DNA from: Antechinus flavipes
Lineage: Eukaryota
Direction of reading: 5' to 3'
DNA length: 64,000 nucleotides
Assembly (NCBI RefSeq): GCF_016432865.1
Contig: NC_067398.1
Coordinates: 679,892,001-679,956,000, forward strand
Position numbers and translations under genes: made by a program. A model generated the notes under the pieces. The model saw nothing but the letters and a program-made list of their open reading frames with translations. It was not told the DNA's origin and ran no database searches. Shown piece after piece: positions 39,931 through 55,994 of this stretch; positions within the stretch are counted from its first letter, which is position 1; every line of letters begins with the position of its first letter.

Positions 39931-41329
39931 ATGTATTCCCTTTCTTTTAAGAGCAATTAAGGAAAATGTCCTTTATTTTGAACGTTGTACTCCTAGACTT
40001 ACATATATATGATGTGTGATATGTCCTTATAATTCTTGCTCAATCCTCTTCTTGAAGATGAACAAGAGAAGAAACAAGAGCCCAGTTTTGTTCATTTTAT
40101 TCCTAACAAAGGTGAAAATATAGTGTCTTTTGTAGGTCAGTCCCCTGATCAGATGTCTTTTATGTATGACTTTTATACATCGGATAACATACATTCACAA
40201 ATCTTGCATTCATATTTCTCTTATGGCCCTTTTTTATATAGTTCTGAAAGAACTAAGTTTATAGAGACATTTCGAATTAGAAGGGATTTTAGAGAGCCTT
40301 AGTCCTTCTATTTTGAAGATGTGGAAACTGAGAGCTGAAGTGTCTTGCCAGTTCACAGAGTTAAATTGTAACATGCGCAAATTCAACACGCTTTCAACTC
40401 CACGGTGGTCTCCCTCTCTCAATCTCCCCTTCTCTTTTACAAAAAATCATGTCTTCTCCCTCCCTCTCTATTCGCTCCCTCTTCCTCCCCCCCCTACCCC
40501 TCTCCCCATGTCCCTTCCTCTCTTAGGGGCAGGGCCCTCCTTTGTCTTTTTAGAAGGTGGAGTCTTGGTGAGGAAGGCCCTGGATCTTAGGTCCCTCAAG
40601 GAGTCTGGGCAGGACTAAACATCTCATTACCCAGCTCCGGGTGGAGATACAGATTCGAGAGTCCAAATGTGGAGGGATACTCAGCATGAGGATTGGTCTG
40701 CCCACAGGAAAATAGACCAATGGAATACTAGTTCCACCCCCAACCTGTCCAGAGCCCAGCCTGTCAGTTTCTTAGAGCACTGGAGAGGCCAGGTAGGTTG
40801 AAGTGAGGGGAAGGGGTAGCATGGGGCTGGGGGGATAGGAGGACTTGGGTGGGGTGGGGTGATAGTATATAGGATTGATTAGGGCGGGAGGGGGGTGAAA
40901 TCGAAGGTGAGGAGGCCATTTGAGGGGCACCGGAAATCCTCCTTCCTCCCACTCCCCATATGCTCCTTCTGGACTCCTGGAGGCAGTTGTCATGGAAACA
41001 GCCCCTTAAAAAAAGATCCCCCAGAGATTCATCCCCCCTCCCCCGTCTTTGCTTTTGCTTCTCTTCTCCTGTCCCTTTCTCTCCTCTTTCATCCCGTCTC
41101 CCTTCTGCCTGTCTCTCTGGTACTCTGCGTTTTCTCCCCGTTTGTCTGCCTCTCAGCTCTAGCTTATCTTATTCTTTCTTCCGAATTCCTCTCGCCTTCA
41201 CCATTCATCCCTCTTTCCTTCTGTCACCTCCTCTCTCTTCCATCTTTAATTATTTTTATCCCCCCACCATTTTCCTTTGGCTTGTCTCTACGCCCCCTTC
41301 TCCATCTCTTCCTCAGTCTCCTCCGCGTT

Positions 41330-41680
41330 AACCCGGGGCTACTGGCCCTACCCACTCCTGCGTCGTCCCCTCGCTAGCGGGCCAAGGCTGGGGCAGGGGG
41401 CGGGGTGGGGCGGGGCTCTCCTGTGGTCTCCTCGCCCCCAGCCCCCTCCCCTTCCTTGATCTCCTCCCTCTTCTCCCTAATCCCCTCGGTTCGTCGTCCA
41501 GGCCCTACTGCCGGGTCAGGCCCTCCCACGGGGACCCAGGTGTTCCAGCTGCTCCAGGCTGAAGGTGACTGAGAGATGGGCTTGGGGGGGGGGGGGGCGC
41601 CGAGCGAGCGAAGCAGGTGGAGAGGGAGGGGTTGAGAGGCGGGGACTTCGGCGGTCGCGCTGGGCTCTTTGTCTCCATTA
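41330..41680 (+). promoter_or_regulatory. Probable PRR36 promoter / non-coding exon 1 (CpG-rich, GC boxes)
   Basis: Local CpG enrichment, ggggcggg boxes at about 41397-41415, preceded by a CT-rich tract. The first coding exon has an acceptor 1 nt before the ATG. Exact donor not resolved. Confidence 0.55.
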
Positions 41681-42527
41681 ACTCCTTCATGGCAGCCCCC
41701 CTTCATCCCTTCCTTCAGCCAGCAGGTGTCTGGAATCAAGGTGTGTGTTTGGGGTGTGTGTGGAAGGACAATAGACAGATACTTCCCTTGTCCCCCTCCC
41801 CCCCCCTCACACCCAGACTCAGTCGTCATCACTGGAGCTGAAGACAGGACCAAGGCTGCTCCCCCTTCCCTAAACTCTCCATCTGTTTGAATTTCCAGGA
41901 GTTCCTGATCTCTTGCCCCTTCCTCAGGCCTAGCTGGAAACTCGGTTTCCGTAATCTTCTCAGGGGTTGGATGTGTGGAGGCTGAACACTGAGACAGAAA
42001 TAGCATTTGTACTGGGGAGGGAAAGCCTTTTCTATCCCTCACATACTAATTGAGGAGGGGGAGGAGGAATAGGGATCTCTAGTTTGTGAGTGGGATTGGA
42101 GAAGGATGTGACTGGGTCTCTGGAAACACTGGGTGGCTGGGGACAGGGTGCCTGGATCCTGGGTGGTGTGGCCAGGATTCTCCTGGCACTTCAGGGGGTT
42201 GGTAGGCAAGATGGTGCTAATCTCTCTCTAAGCTGTGGGGGGGAGTGGAGGGGGAGGGGTCCCATCTGCCATCTAATTCCCTCAGAACCTGCTGGGTGTC
42301 AAGAGGCTGGTTGCTATAGGACACACACAGGAGAGCTGGGAAACGCCTACAGTGTCCCCAGCTGGTGGGGGAGGCAGGTATCTTAAGAGAATACAAAAGA
42401 AGTGTGAGGATCGTGGGGGGCTGAAAATGAGGAACTGGACAGTTGGGTGCTGGAAAAGGCAAGTGGGAGGAGGTGCTGGTAGGTCTGCAAGGCAGGCTGG
42501 GATGTGTCATTCTCTATCTGTTGCAGG

Positions 42528-47855
<5,328 letters not shown>

Positions 47856-48171
47856 GATGCCCTTGTCCCATCCATCCAAAGGACCATTGTGCCCTCTGAA
47901 CTGAAGGCCCCAGCCTGATACCTGCCTCTTGCCTGTTTTCCCACCCGCAGTTCTGTAGCAGGGGGAATTAGGCAAAGGGATAGTCGTGATGATGTTCTAG
48001 CTTCCTAACATCCTTCCATCTGAGTCCTGGAAGGTCTTGGCCTGACCAGCTTCTTGATTCCCATGTATTGTATGTATGTATGTTGTAGATTGCCATTGCT
48101 GGTTTGCTCCTGTGACCTCTAGCTTCTGTGGGTGGCGTGCCTGTGTGTTTTCTAAGGCCTTTTTAGTTTGT

Positions 48172-48177
48172 AATAAA
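48172..48177 (+). terminator. PRR36 polyadenylation signal AATAAA
   Basis: First AATAAA after the stop (about 320 nt), followed by a GT-rich element (gtggggttgtagttgctgtttt). Confidence 0.75.
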
Positions 48178-48305
48178 GATGAGACAGTGGGGTTGTAGTT
48201 GCTGTTTTAGGGGATTGGGCAGTCCAAAACTTTTGGATCTGGGGACTGCCTCCAAGTCCTGCAATTTCTTCTGCTGATTTTGGTGAACAGGTGGAGAACA
48301 AGGCT

Positions 48306-50072
48306 TTAGGGACAGTTTTCTCCCTTCTCCCTGGGGCTCAGGACCCCCAGGGAAGTGCCCGGTGGCTCTTTGGGGCAGGATTCCTGCAGGGGTGGGCACT
48401 TTGGCCTCCCAGGCAACGGCCGGCTCACCCCATGCTGCCGACAGTGAGTGAGCAGGTTGGAGCTCTGGCTGAAGGATTTTCCACATACTCCACAGTGATG
48501 GGGCTTTTCTCCTGTGGAAAGGTAGCCCCGAGCTTGGTGTAAATGGGGGAGCTGGGCAAGGATCATATGGAGGGGCATGGGGTTGAGGAAGGGGGACTAT
48601 AGAGGCATGGTGGTGAAAACCAGTTGTCAAAACTGGGGAGTTATGGACGTATATTAATGGGGAATCTAGTGGGGAGATGTAGAATTCAGATGGCTAGTCG
48701 GTAGGGAAAATGAAGACAATGGAGAGTAATGAAGGGGCTGGAGGAGCCATGAGGATGAATAGGAGGCCTGGCCGAAATATCTCTGGGGAGAGATGAGACT
48801 GACAATGAGCTGGGCTCCCTTCCAACTTCCCTCCTGGAGGGGAAGGGCTATTGCCGGGTAGGAGGGGATGGGGGCGGGCAGACCTCCTGCCGTTTTCCCC
48901 AGACCCCTCGGTGGCGGGTCCTGCAGCCGGGCTGCTCACTCCCAGCCCCTCCCCCCAGCCCTTTTCCTCCTCCTCTTCCCGGGCCGCACCGGTGTGGGTG
49001 AACGTGTGCTTCTTCATGTCGGATTTCTGGTGGAAGCGCTTGGTGCAGAAGGGGCAGGGATGGGGCCGCGTGCCCGAATGGATAAGCAGGTGTGTGGACA
49101 GAGTGGAGGAGCGCCGGAAGCTCTTCCCGCACACGCCGCAGGGGAACAGTCTCTCCTGGGGGCAGGACGGGAGCCGTGGAAGGAGGGACCAGGCTGGGCT
49201 TCCTCCATACCGTCCCATCCCACCCTAGAGGCAGAACATGGGGCTGGGGCAGCAGCCAAGTAGCTTCTGGCCCTTCGCCCCACCCCCACCCCCCCTAAGT
49301 CCTCCTGGGTTACCTTGAATTGATGAGGGTGCTGTGCTGTGGGTGGTGGCAGCGGTAGCTGTGGCTGCAGGTTTGGGGCAGTAACTGCTGTCGGGGGCGG
49401 GGGCTGGGGCTGAGGCTGGGGCTGGGGGCAGTGGCCATCCCAGGAGAGGCCAGCTGGCCCCTGGAGCCCTGGGGTTAGGTCAAATGAATCCAATCACTAT
49501 GAGGTTCCTAGAAGGTGACCCCTCACAAACTGAGGCCTGAGCCCATAGGCCTCCAACTTCCACTTCCCCTAGCCCAGGAGAGCTCTTACCAAAGAGGTCA
49601 GCCTCTGCCTGCGCAGAGGACCCCAGAGAGGAGCCGGCTTCAGGGTTGGGGGACAGGGGCCTCTCAGCCCATGGGCCTCCAAGCCTCCCCACAGAGAGGG
49701 CTGGGTTCCCTGGAGTAAAGCCTATACAAAAAGAACTCATTCTTTGAGAACTGTGAGAAAACCAGATATTCTATTCCCTGACTCTGCTGATGTAAGGTGT
49801 CCTGGTTCCTGTCACCCCCACCCCAACCCTTGCCCCAAACACATCCAAGATTCTTAAATTTAATTTGAATTGGCCATTTCTCCTGTTCTCACTTTCTCAG
49901 CTCCATGGCCTTTCCCTCTCTCCACAACTTGGGCACCCTAGTACCCAGATCTTCCATGAGAGCCCTGCAGAATTCTGGAGCTGGGGATCTTCAGAAAGGA
50001 CAGGCCATACTTACCAATCACCTTTTTTCTTCCAGAGGTTCTTCTGCTTCTTACTAGGAAGGATCGAGGCAT
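48306..50072 (-). CDS. GFI1-family SNAG/C2H2 zinc-finger repressor (GFI1/GFI1B paralog), 238 aa; join(50072-50015, 49721-49590, 49468-49314, 49155-48990, 48511-48306)
   Basis: [15 protein letters not shown]; ZF3-4 [56 protein letters not shown]; ZF5 [26 protein letters not shown]. Donors GTAAGT/GTAAGA/GTAACC/GTGCGG; phases 1,1,0,1; 58+132+155+166+206=717 nt with no internal stop. The exon-3 acceptor is the weakest call. Confidence 0.9.
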
Positions 50073-53000
50073 CTCAGGGCTACCTCACCGGAGGTGGGAG
50101 GTAGAAGAAAGCAGACTAAGATCGATACCTCAACCCCCTTGAGTCCTCCCACTCTGGAGGTTTTAGTTTAGATCAGCCTGGATTCTTCGGTAGCTATCAT
50201 TCAGATGTGCCTTGGAGGATGGGAACTAATGAAAGTGGAGCAACAGGGTGCCTAGGGTCATTCCATCTTCTTCCTCCTCCCCAACCCCAACATACTGGCT
50301 CCAGCTTACTCTGAGGTTCTAAAAGGAAAGTGGCTATCTTGGGGACCTGCCCCTCCCCATATTCCTCACACACACAACTACTACCACCATTGAACACACT
50401 AATTGAGCTCCTGCAAACTGATTTCCTTCCCAGAAGGAATGGCGATCCAGGTATCTCCCTCATCAGAACTGAGCAGGAGCCAAGGCAGCCCCTCTTCTCC
50501 CTGCTCCTGCCATACCATCCTCTGTTCTTGGGCCTCAGGGAATATGGGTTAACCCTAAGCCCCCACAAAAAGAAAGGACAGATACTCAACCCAAAGGTCC
50601 TGGTCACCTCATCTACACCCATGCATGTCCCCCCTTACCTGCCACACTTTATAGCTAATCTTACCTCCACATCAAAGCCTAGCTTCTAGCCTCATCTCCA
50701 CAAAGTCTGTCCTGACCATTCCAACCCAGCCACAGGCTCAGACCTTCCTTTTCTCTACACTCTTTGGAATCTGCTATAAGAATCCCAGAACCTCAGAGCT
50801 AGCAGAGATGTCAGAGGCCAACTAGTCCAACCCGTACATGAGCACAAACTTATTCTACAACTTCCCTTACAAGCCGTCATCCAATCTCTAACAAGAGGCA
50901 GCCCATTCCTCTTTCAGAGCGTTCTTTGCAGCTTTCACTCCAGTTCTGCCCTCTAACGGCAAATTCTGACATCTTCAGTGTTTGTCACCACCACCATGGT
51001 CATTTCCCTTTGTGGTTTCTGTAGTCCCATTTCACCCACCAATTAATTCTCTGTGTAGATTAATAGATTTGTGCACAGCCTTCTTAATATACAAACTGCA
51101 GCACCACCACCCCCATGTTCTTTTTGGACAAGATATGCTTATCCATGGATGACCAGCTCCCTAAGTTTCGATGATACCTATGAGGTTGTGCTTGTTGCTA
51201 AAATCTGTTGCCGTCTCTTGCTAAGAGATAATTTTGACCTCATTCTCAATCTTTTTTCCTTTTAGAAAGCATTATATGGCATAGTGGGGAGGAGGGAAAC
51301 TCGATTTAGAGCCTAGAGAACCTATGCTTTTTCTGCTTCCGTGTGACTGAGCAAGTCACTTTACTTCTTAGGGCCCTAATGTTTTCATCAGTTGAATGAG
51401 GGCATTGAGATGGTTTCTAGTATTGCTTCCAAATTTAAAAGCCTATTACAAACTCCATATATCTTTTTATGGTTTGTATACAGGCATTTCTTCTCACATT
51501 TCCTCTCACATTTGTTTAAAAACTTTGTTGCTCAGGTTACTGAGCCCCTCATCACAGCTGTATCCCCAGTCCTGTGAGATGCCCTAATCACAAGTCCATA
51601 CTAAGTCTTGGAAGGCTTCCAGTACAGTCTTCTGTGGAGGACTTGAGGAAAGACATGGATAAGAATTATACAAGATGGTGAGGAGGGTTCTCATCAGATC
51701 CACTGACATAGACTTATGTCATAGACTCAGTGTGGGACTGGGAAAGACCCAGATTTGAAGTCTTGACTCGAGATTACCTATGAACTTTGCCAAGTCATTT
51801 CACCTGAGCCTTAATTTCCTATCTAGAAAGTGGGGATAACATCAATACTTTCTATTTCACAAGATTGGTTGGGAGATTCAATGATAATGTGTGTATATAC
51901 ACACACATATGTAATATTTTGTATATTTTTAACATTCTACAAGAATATTGCTATTTCTTTTCAGAAGTCTGAACCTACTAACAGATGAATTACCCATGCC
52001 CCTAAATCTTGTTTCCTGTCCAGGACATCAGATTTATTAGGGACACTTAACTTTCAGCTTTCATCTGAAGGGTTCATTCATTCCTATACAAATTAGAGGT
52101 GGATTCTTACTCCCTTACCTCTTATCTGGCCTATTGCTCCAGTCTTCTAAAATAGTCTCTTTCCTATCTCTCCCCTCGGTATTTCATCTACTGGATCCCT
52201 CTCCCTAAAGTCTAGCTCTTGCCATATCACTCACCTTTAAAGCCTGCAGTATCTCGCTATCCCCAGAGGAAAAATATGAGGTCCTCTGTGATGTTCCACA
52301 TTTGCCTTTCTAGCCTTATCTCACATTGCTCTTCATGACTCTAGTCACATCCATCACTCTACTTCCACCCCATCACCCAAGATAGCATAAGATTCTTACC
52401 TGCTGCCTTTGGTTTTGCAATTTCCTTCCCACCTCTCCAATTAAAATTCCACTCCTCTTCCCAAACTACTTGGTCTTACCTCTTCCTGGAATTTCCCCTG
52501 TCCATTCTACCCTTGGTGGGCTCAACTCTACAAACTTCCTCTGCTTATTTTTCCACGTGTCTTCTCCACTCAGTTAAATTGTCTGGAAGCTACTTCAGGA
52601 GAGAAAGGGAGCCTTATACTCCCCTCTTCTCCCGAGACATCATGTTTAGTGACTGATGATGACACCTACTCACATACACCCTCCTTACCCCACCCACACA
52701 TCCTCCTTCACACCCACCCACACAGAGCACTAACATAGACATCTCCCTATCGCACACATCCCTCCAAAACCATCATCACTGATCTACCTCAGCCTCCAAA
52801 GGATCTGGTTTCACAAACCCTCTGTTCATTCTTGCCAATCTCATCCCTTCCCAGTCCTTTTAAACCAGAATTTAAAGCTACAATGAAAGCTCCATATAGT
52901 AATCCAGCAACGGGATTAGGATGAAGTGAAGAAAAGCTTTTCTTAGTTTGGATGCCAATCCTTCCACATTGTGTCCAATTCTCAGGATGTTTTTTCTTTT

Positions 53001-53291
53001 TCTAAAAACTCCTCCCTCCACAGCCATATTCTGCCTGAAAGAGAATTCCCTAGTATTTCAGGGAAATGAAAGCAACCCTCAGTTTCTCTTGCTCCCTTCA
53101 TGCTATCTGTTGTTAAATCAAAGACTGAGGAAGGGAAAGAACCCCAAGCTTCTTGTTTTAAGCCATGAAGCTCAGACCTTTCTGGTCAGTCTTTATCTCA
53201 CTTTGCTTAGGTTAGTCTCTTCCAACAAACTCCACCAACCTCCCCCACTCCCAACATCCTGCCCACCAATTCTAAGACCGTGTAAATATGC

Positions 53292-53297
53292 TTTATT
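53292..53297 (-). terminator. Candidate EVI5L polyadenylation signal (implies a 3'UTR of about 2.7 kb)
   Basis: First minus-strand AATAAA I found downstream of the EVI5L stop, followed by GU-rich sequence; an ATTAAA at about 54245 is an alternative. Confidence 0.4.
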
Positions 53298-55994
53298 ATT
53301 TGTCTTTCCAACCTTGTGTGGAGACACATGGGTTTGTACAGGCAGTGTGAGGATGGTGGTGGGCAGAGGGGGAGGTGGAGGCCATACACTTACACCTGAC
53401 AAGACACTTCAGAGCAGGCCAGATACCTGCAGAGTACCAATCACCCTCAACTACTTCTGGTCTCAGCACAGGGGACAGAGCCAGAGGGAAGGGATGTTGT
53501 GTATGTGTGAGAGAAAAGGGGTGGAGTCAAGAGAGTGGGAAACCTGCCCCACAGGGGCTTTCCTATGAATTAAGTATAGATCAGACTATTTGCTTCTGAT
53601 ATCAGCTAAGGGGCAGGGGCAATAGGGTCAGGATCAGGAGATAGCTTTGGGAGCACCAATGTGGTGGGCTGCCCTGGAGCCATAAGCTCTCAGTGATTGG
53701 GGGAGGACCAGAGTAACAAGGTGTGAGGAGAGAGTTGGGGCAAATCCTCCTGTAAGGACAAAGAGTAACACTTAGGGTATAGTATGTGTTTGAGGGGAGC
53801 ATGCCCCCAGAGCAGCTTAAGTAGACACTTCATGGATTTTGGCACCTAAGTTCCCAAACTCAGCAAGCAGAGCCCAAAGGGGAGGAATCGGGATGAAATG
53901 GAAGACCAGAAGTCTTATTCTTCAATGAATATGGCACTTCATCCTCCCATGGCCACAGGCACGAATTCTACAAGCAGGTTCCTAGGGCAGGGCCTACCAA
54001 GGAAACATTGCCACTCCTCTTTGCCCAAATTCTTTCCCCTCCTAGGTGGCTTCTGCGAAGTTGGTGAACCCTCTTGGAGTGAATATGGGGGATCTAGAGG
54101 GGCACAGATGTATGCTGAATACTGATACTGCACTCCAGGGAGAGACAAACAGGATAAGACACTCGAGTGAAAATCCTCCCTCCCCCTCAGCCTTTCCGTC
54201 TGGGGTCTGGTCACCATCTGGCTGTGAGGAAGCCCGGCAGCACCTTTAATGTTGGCAAAGAAAAGAAACACCAGGAAAATCTTAGAAAGCAAAGTGCTAA
54301 GTGTAGGGGAAGACTGCTCCGTGGGGGGAATGAGCAGGCTCTGGATGGTGAGGGAGCTCCAGGGTCTGGGACTAGGATGGTCCGAAGGTGCTCTTCGCTA
54401 CCTCTAGCAGTGGCTAAAGCAGTTCCTCTCTCAGCTTGGGAGCCACATGAGGATTCCTCCTTTCCACCCGTGGCCCAAAGAAACTCTCCTCAGCCCTCCG
54501 GACACAGCAGCTTACTTATCTGGGACTGGTGACAGGTGGGTGGGCGAGATGCTGATTAGCAGATGCTTCTAAACATTTCCTTAGATATTTGCTCCCCAGA
54601 CTGGGATGACTTTGGTTTTAGCAGAAAAAGGGCCTGTTCCTCCAGGGGCACTGACCCAGGTACTGGCTTGGCTGATGGCAAGAAGGGAGTGGTGGAGAAA
54701 CAATATGGTCAGAAAATGGAATTGGCACAGGGAGGAAGAGGCAGCTGCTAATGGAAGGCGCAGCGTCCAAACTGACAAGGGACCTGCCCTAACCTGGTCT
54801 CCTATTCCAAGGCCAATCTCCCCCCCCCCTCATTCCCTTCCCCCCTCCCCCTCACCTCAGGAGCTACAAGGGAATGGTCTGGGAAGGAAGGAGCTAGGAG
54901 TGGAGAGCTTGGACATGCCAGGGCCAAGGAGCTCCAGAGGGAAGATACCACAAAAGGCCTGGCAAACAGAGGAAGTTGGGGGGCTTGTACATTCTGTATC
55001 TTCAAGGATGTGAGCCAGCCTCTTGTGTCAGCCTGACAGGAGGAGGAGGCCATAGCTCAGGGGCAGCTGGTGGTCTTTTACATCACAGAAAAGAGAATCC
55101 TGTTCTTGCTTTGACACTAGGCCATGGCCCTGGGAGTCCTATGGCCATGACCCATCTGCCAAGACCTGGTCTCTCTTTTTTTTTTTTTCTCAGGAGGCAA
55201 TCTTTTGCTCTTGATTCTTTTGTCAGGTTTGCTAATGGCTGAATCTCACCCTCTCCCCAATTCCCCCCACCAACCCCCAAACATGGAGGTGCAGAACTGG
55301 CAGGCGGGGACTTGGTTAATCTGAAGCACCTCTCCAAGGATGGGGTGGGAGAGGAAAGTCTATGTGTCCTTAGCTCTCAAGTCCCTGGAGAAGACAGACT
55401 AGTCCTGGGAATGGAGGCGGAGAAGAGAGCAGTTGCCACAGAGGCCAGTCCTGATCATTGGTCCTCTACGCCCCTCCTTGCCCCAGTGCCTGTGCTGCTC
55501 TCTTGGGAGGGAACGGCAGTGCTTTCTGGTCCTGGGCAGTCGGGGATGGGGGAGGAGAACAAAACAACCCTTTTGTAGATAAATAAATAACACTGGGAAC
55601 AATCAGAAACTCAGAGACCACCGAAGTGTTCCAAGGCGGAGGGGAGCTTGTGACTCCCAGAGTCTCCCAGTCCCTGCCTTAGAAAGCCCCTGAAAGGAAG
55701 GAGGATGGTGGGAGATGGGAAGGGAGCCACAGAATGGAGCTGAGTTTAAATACAGTGAATCACAGGTGCCCCTGGAAGAGGGCAGTGTAGACAACACTCA
55801 AGGTAGATGTTCTGATGCACTCTGTGGAGGGGCAGGCACACCCGGATGTGCCCCACTCCCTCTCGTCCTGGTAGGGAGGGGACAGCCCCTCCAGGAAGAA
55901 CGCTGAATGGAGGTTGGGAAGAGCCTGCCCTCCTACCCCCCAAACATGAGAGGTCTGGGCCCCAGATGGGGCGGGCCAAGGAGACAGTCATTCC

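Noticed and set aside
30200-41300. Processed pseudogene equivalent to human LYPLA2P2 between LRRC8E and PRR36
   Set aside because: No LYPLA2-like sequence seen; the interval is TE-derived and unique non-coding DNA.
41374-42042. 222-aa minus-strand ORF over the PRR36 promoter region, and the 206-aa ORF at 52948-53568
   Set aside because: Non-ATG starts or low-complexity content, no recognisable domain.
49156-49313. Faint likeness of the intron-3 translation ([10 protein letters not shown]...APAPCS) to the missing GFI1 ZF1-2 exon (GLEVHVRRSHS...RPFACE)
   Set aside because: Few identities, no Cys/His ligands, and explainable by G-rich composition; would need a profile alignment with orthologues.
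50100-50700. Candidate non-coding first exon and TATA box of the GFI1-like gene (donors near 50639 and 50665, TATAAA at about 50650, pyrimidine tract before the ATG)
   Set aside because: Several mutually exclusive options and no CpG island; the TSS cannot be assigned from sequence alone.
49490-53700. AATCAC GFI-type cores (49492, about 53440, about 53693) as autoregulatory sites
   Set aside because: Short motifs, none a full AAATCAC(A/T)GC match; not above chance without conservation data.
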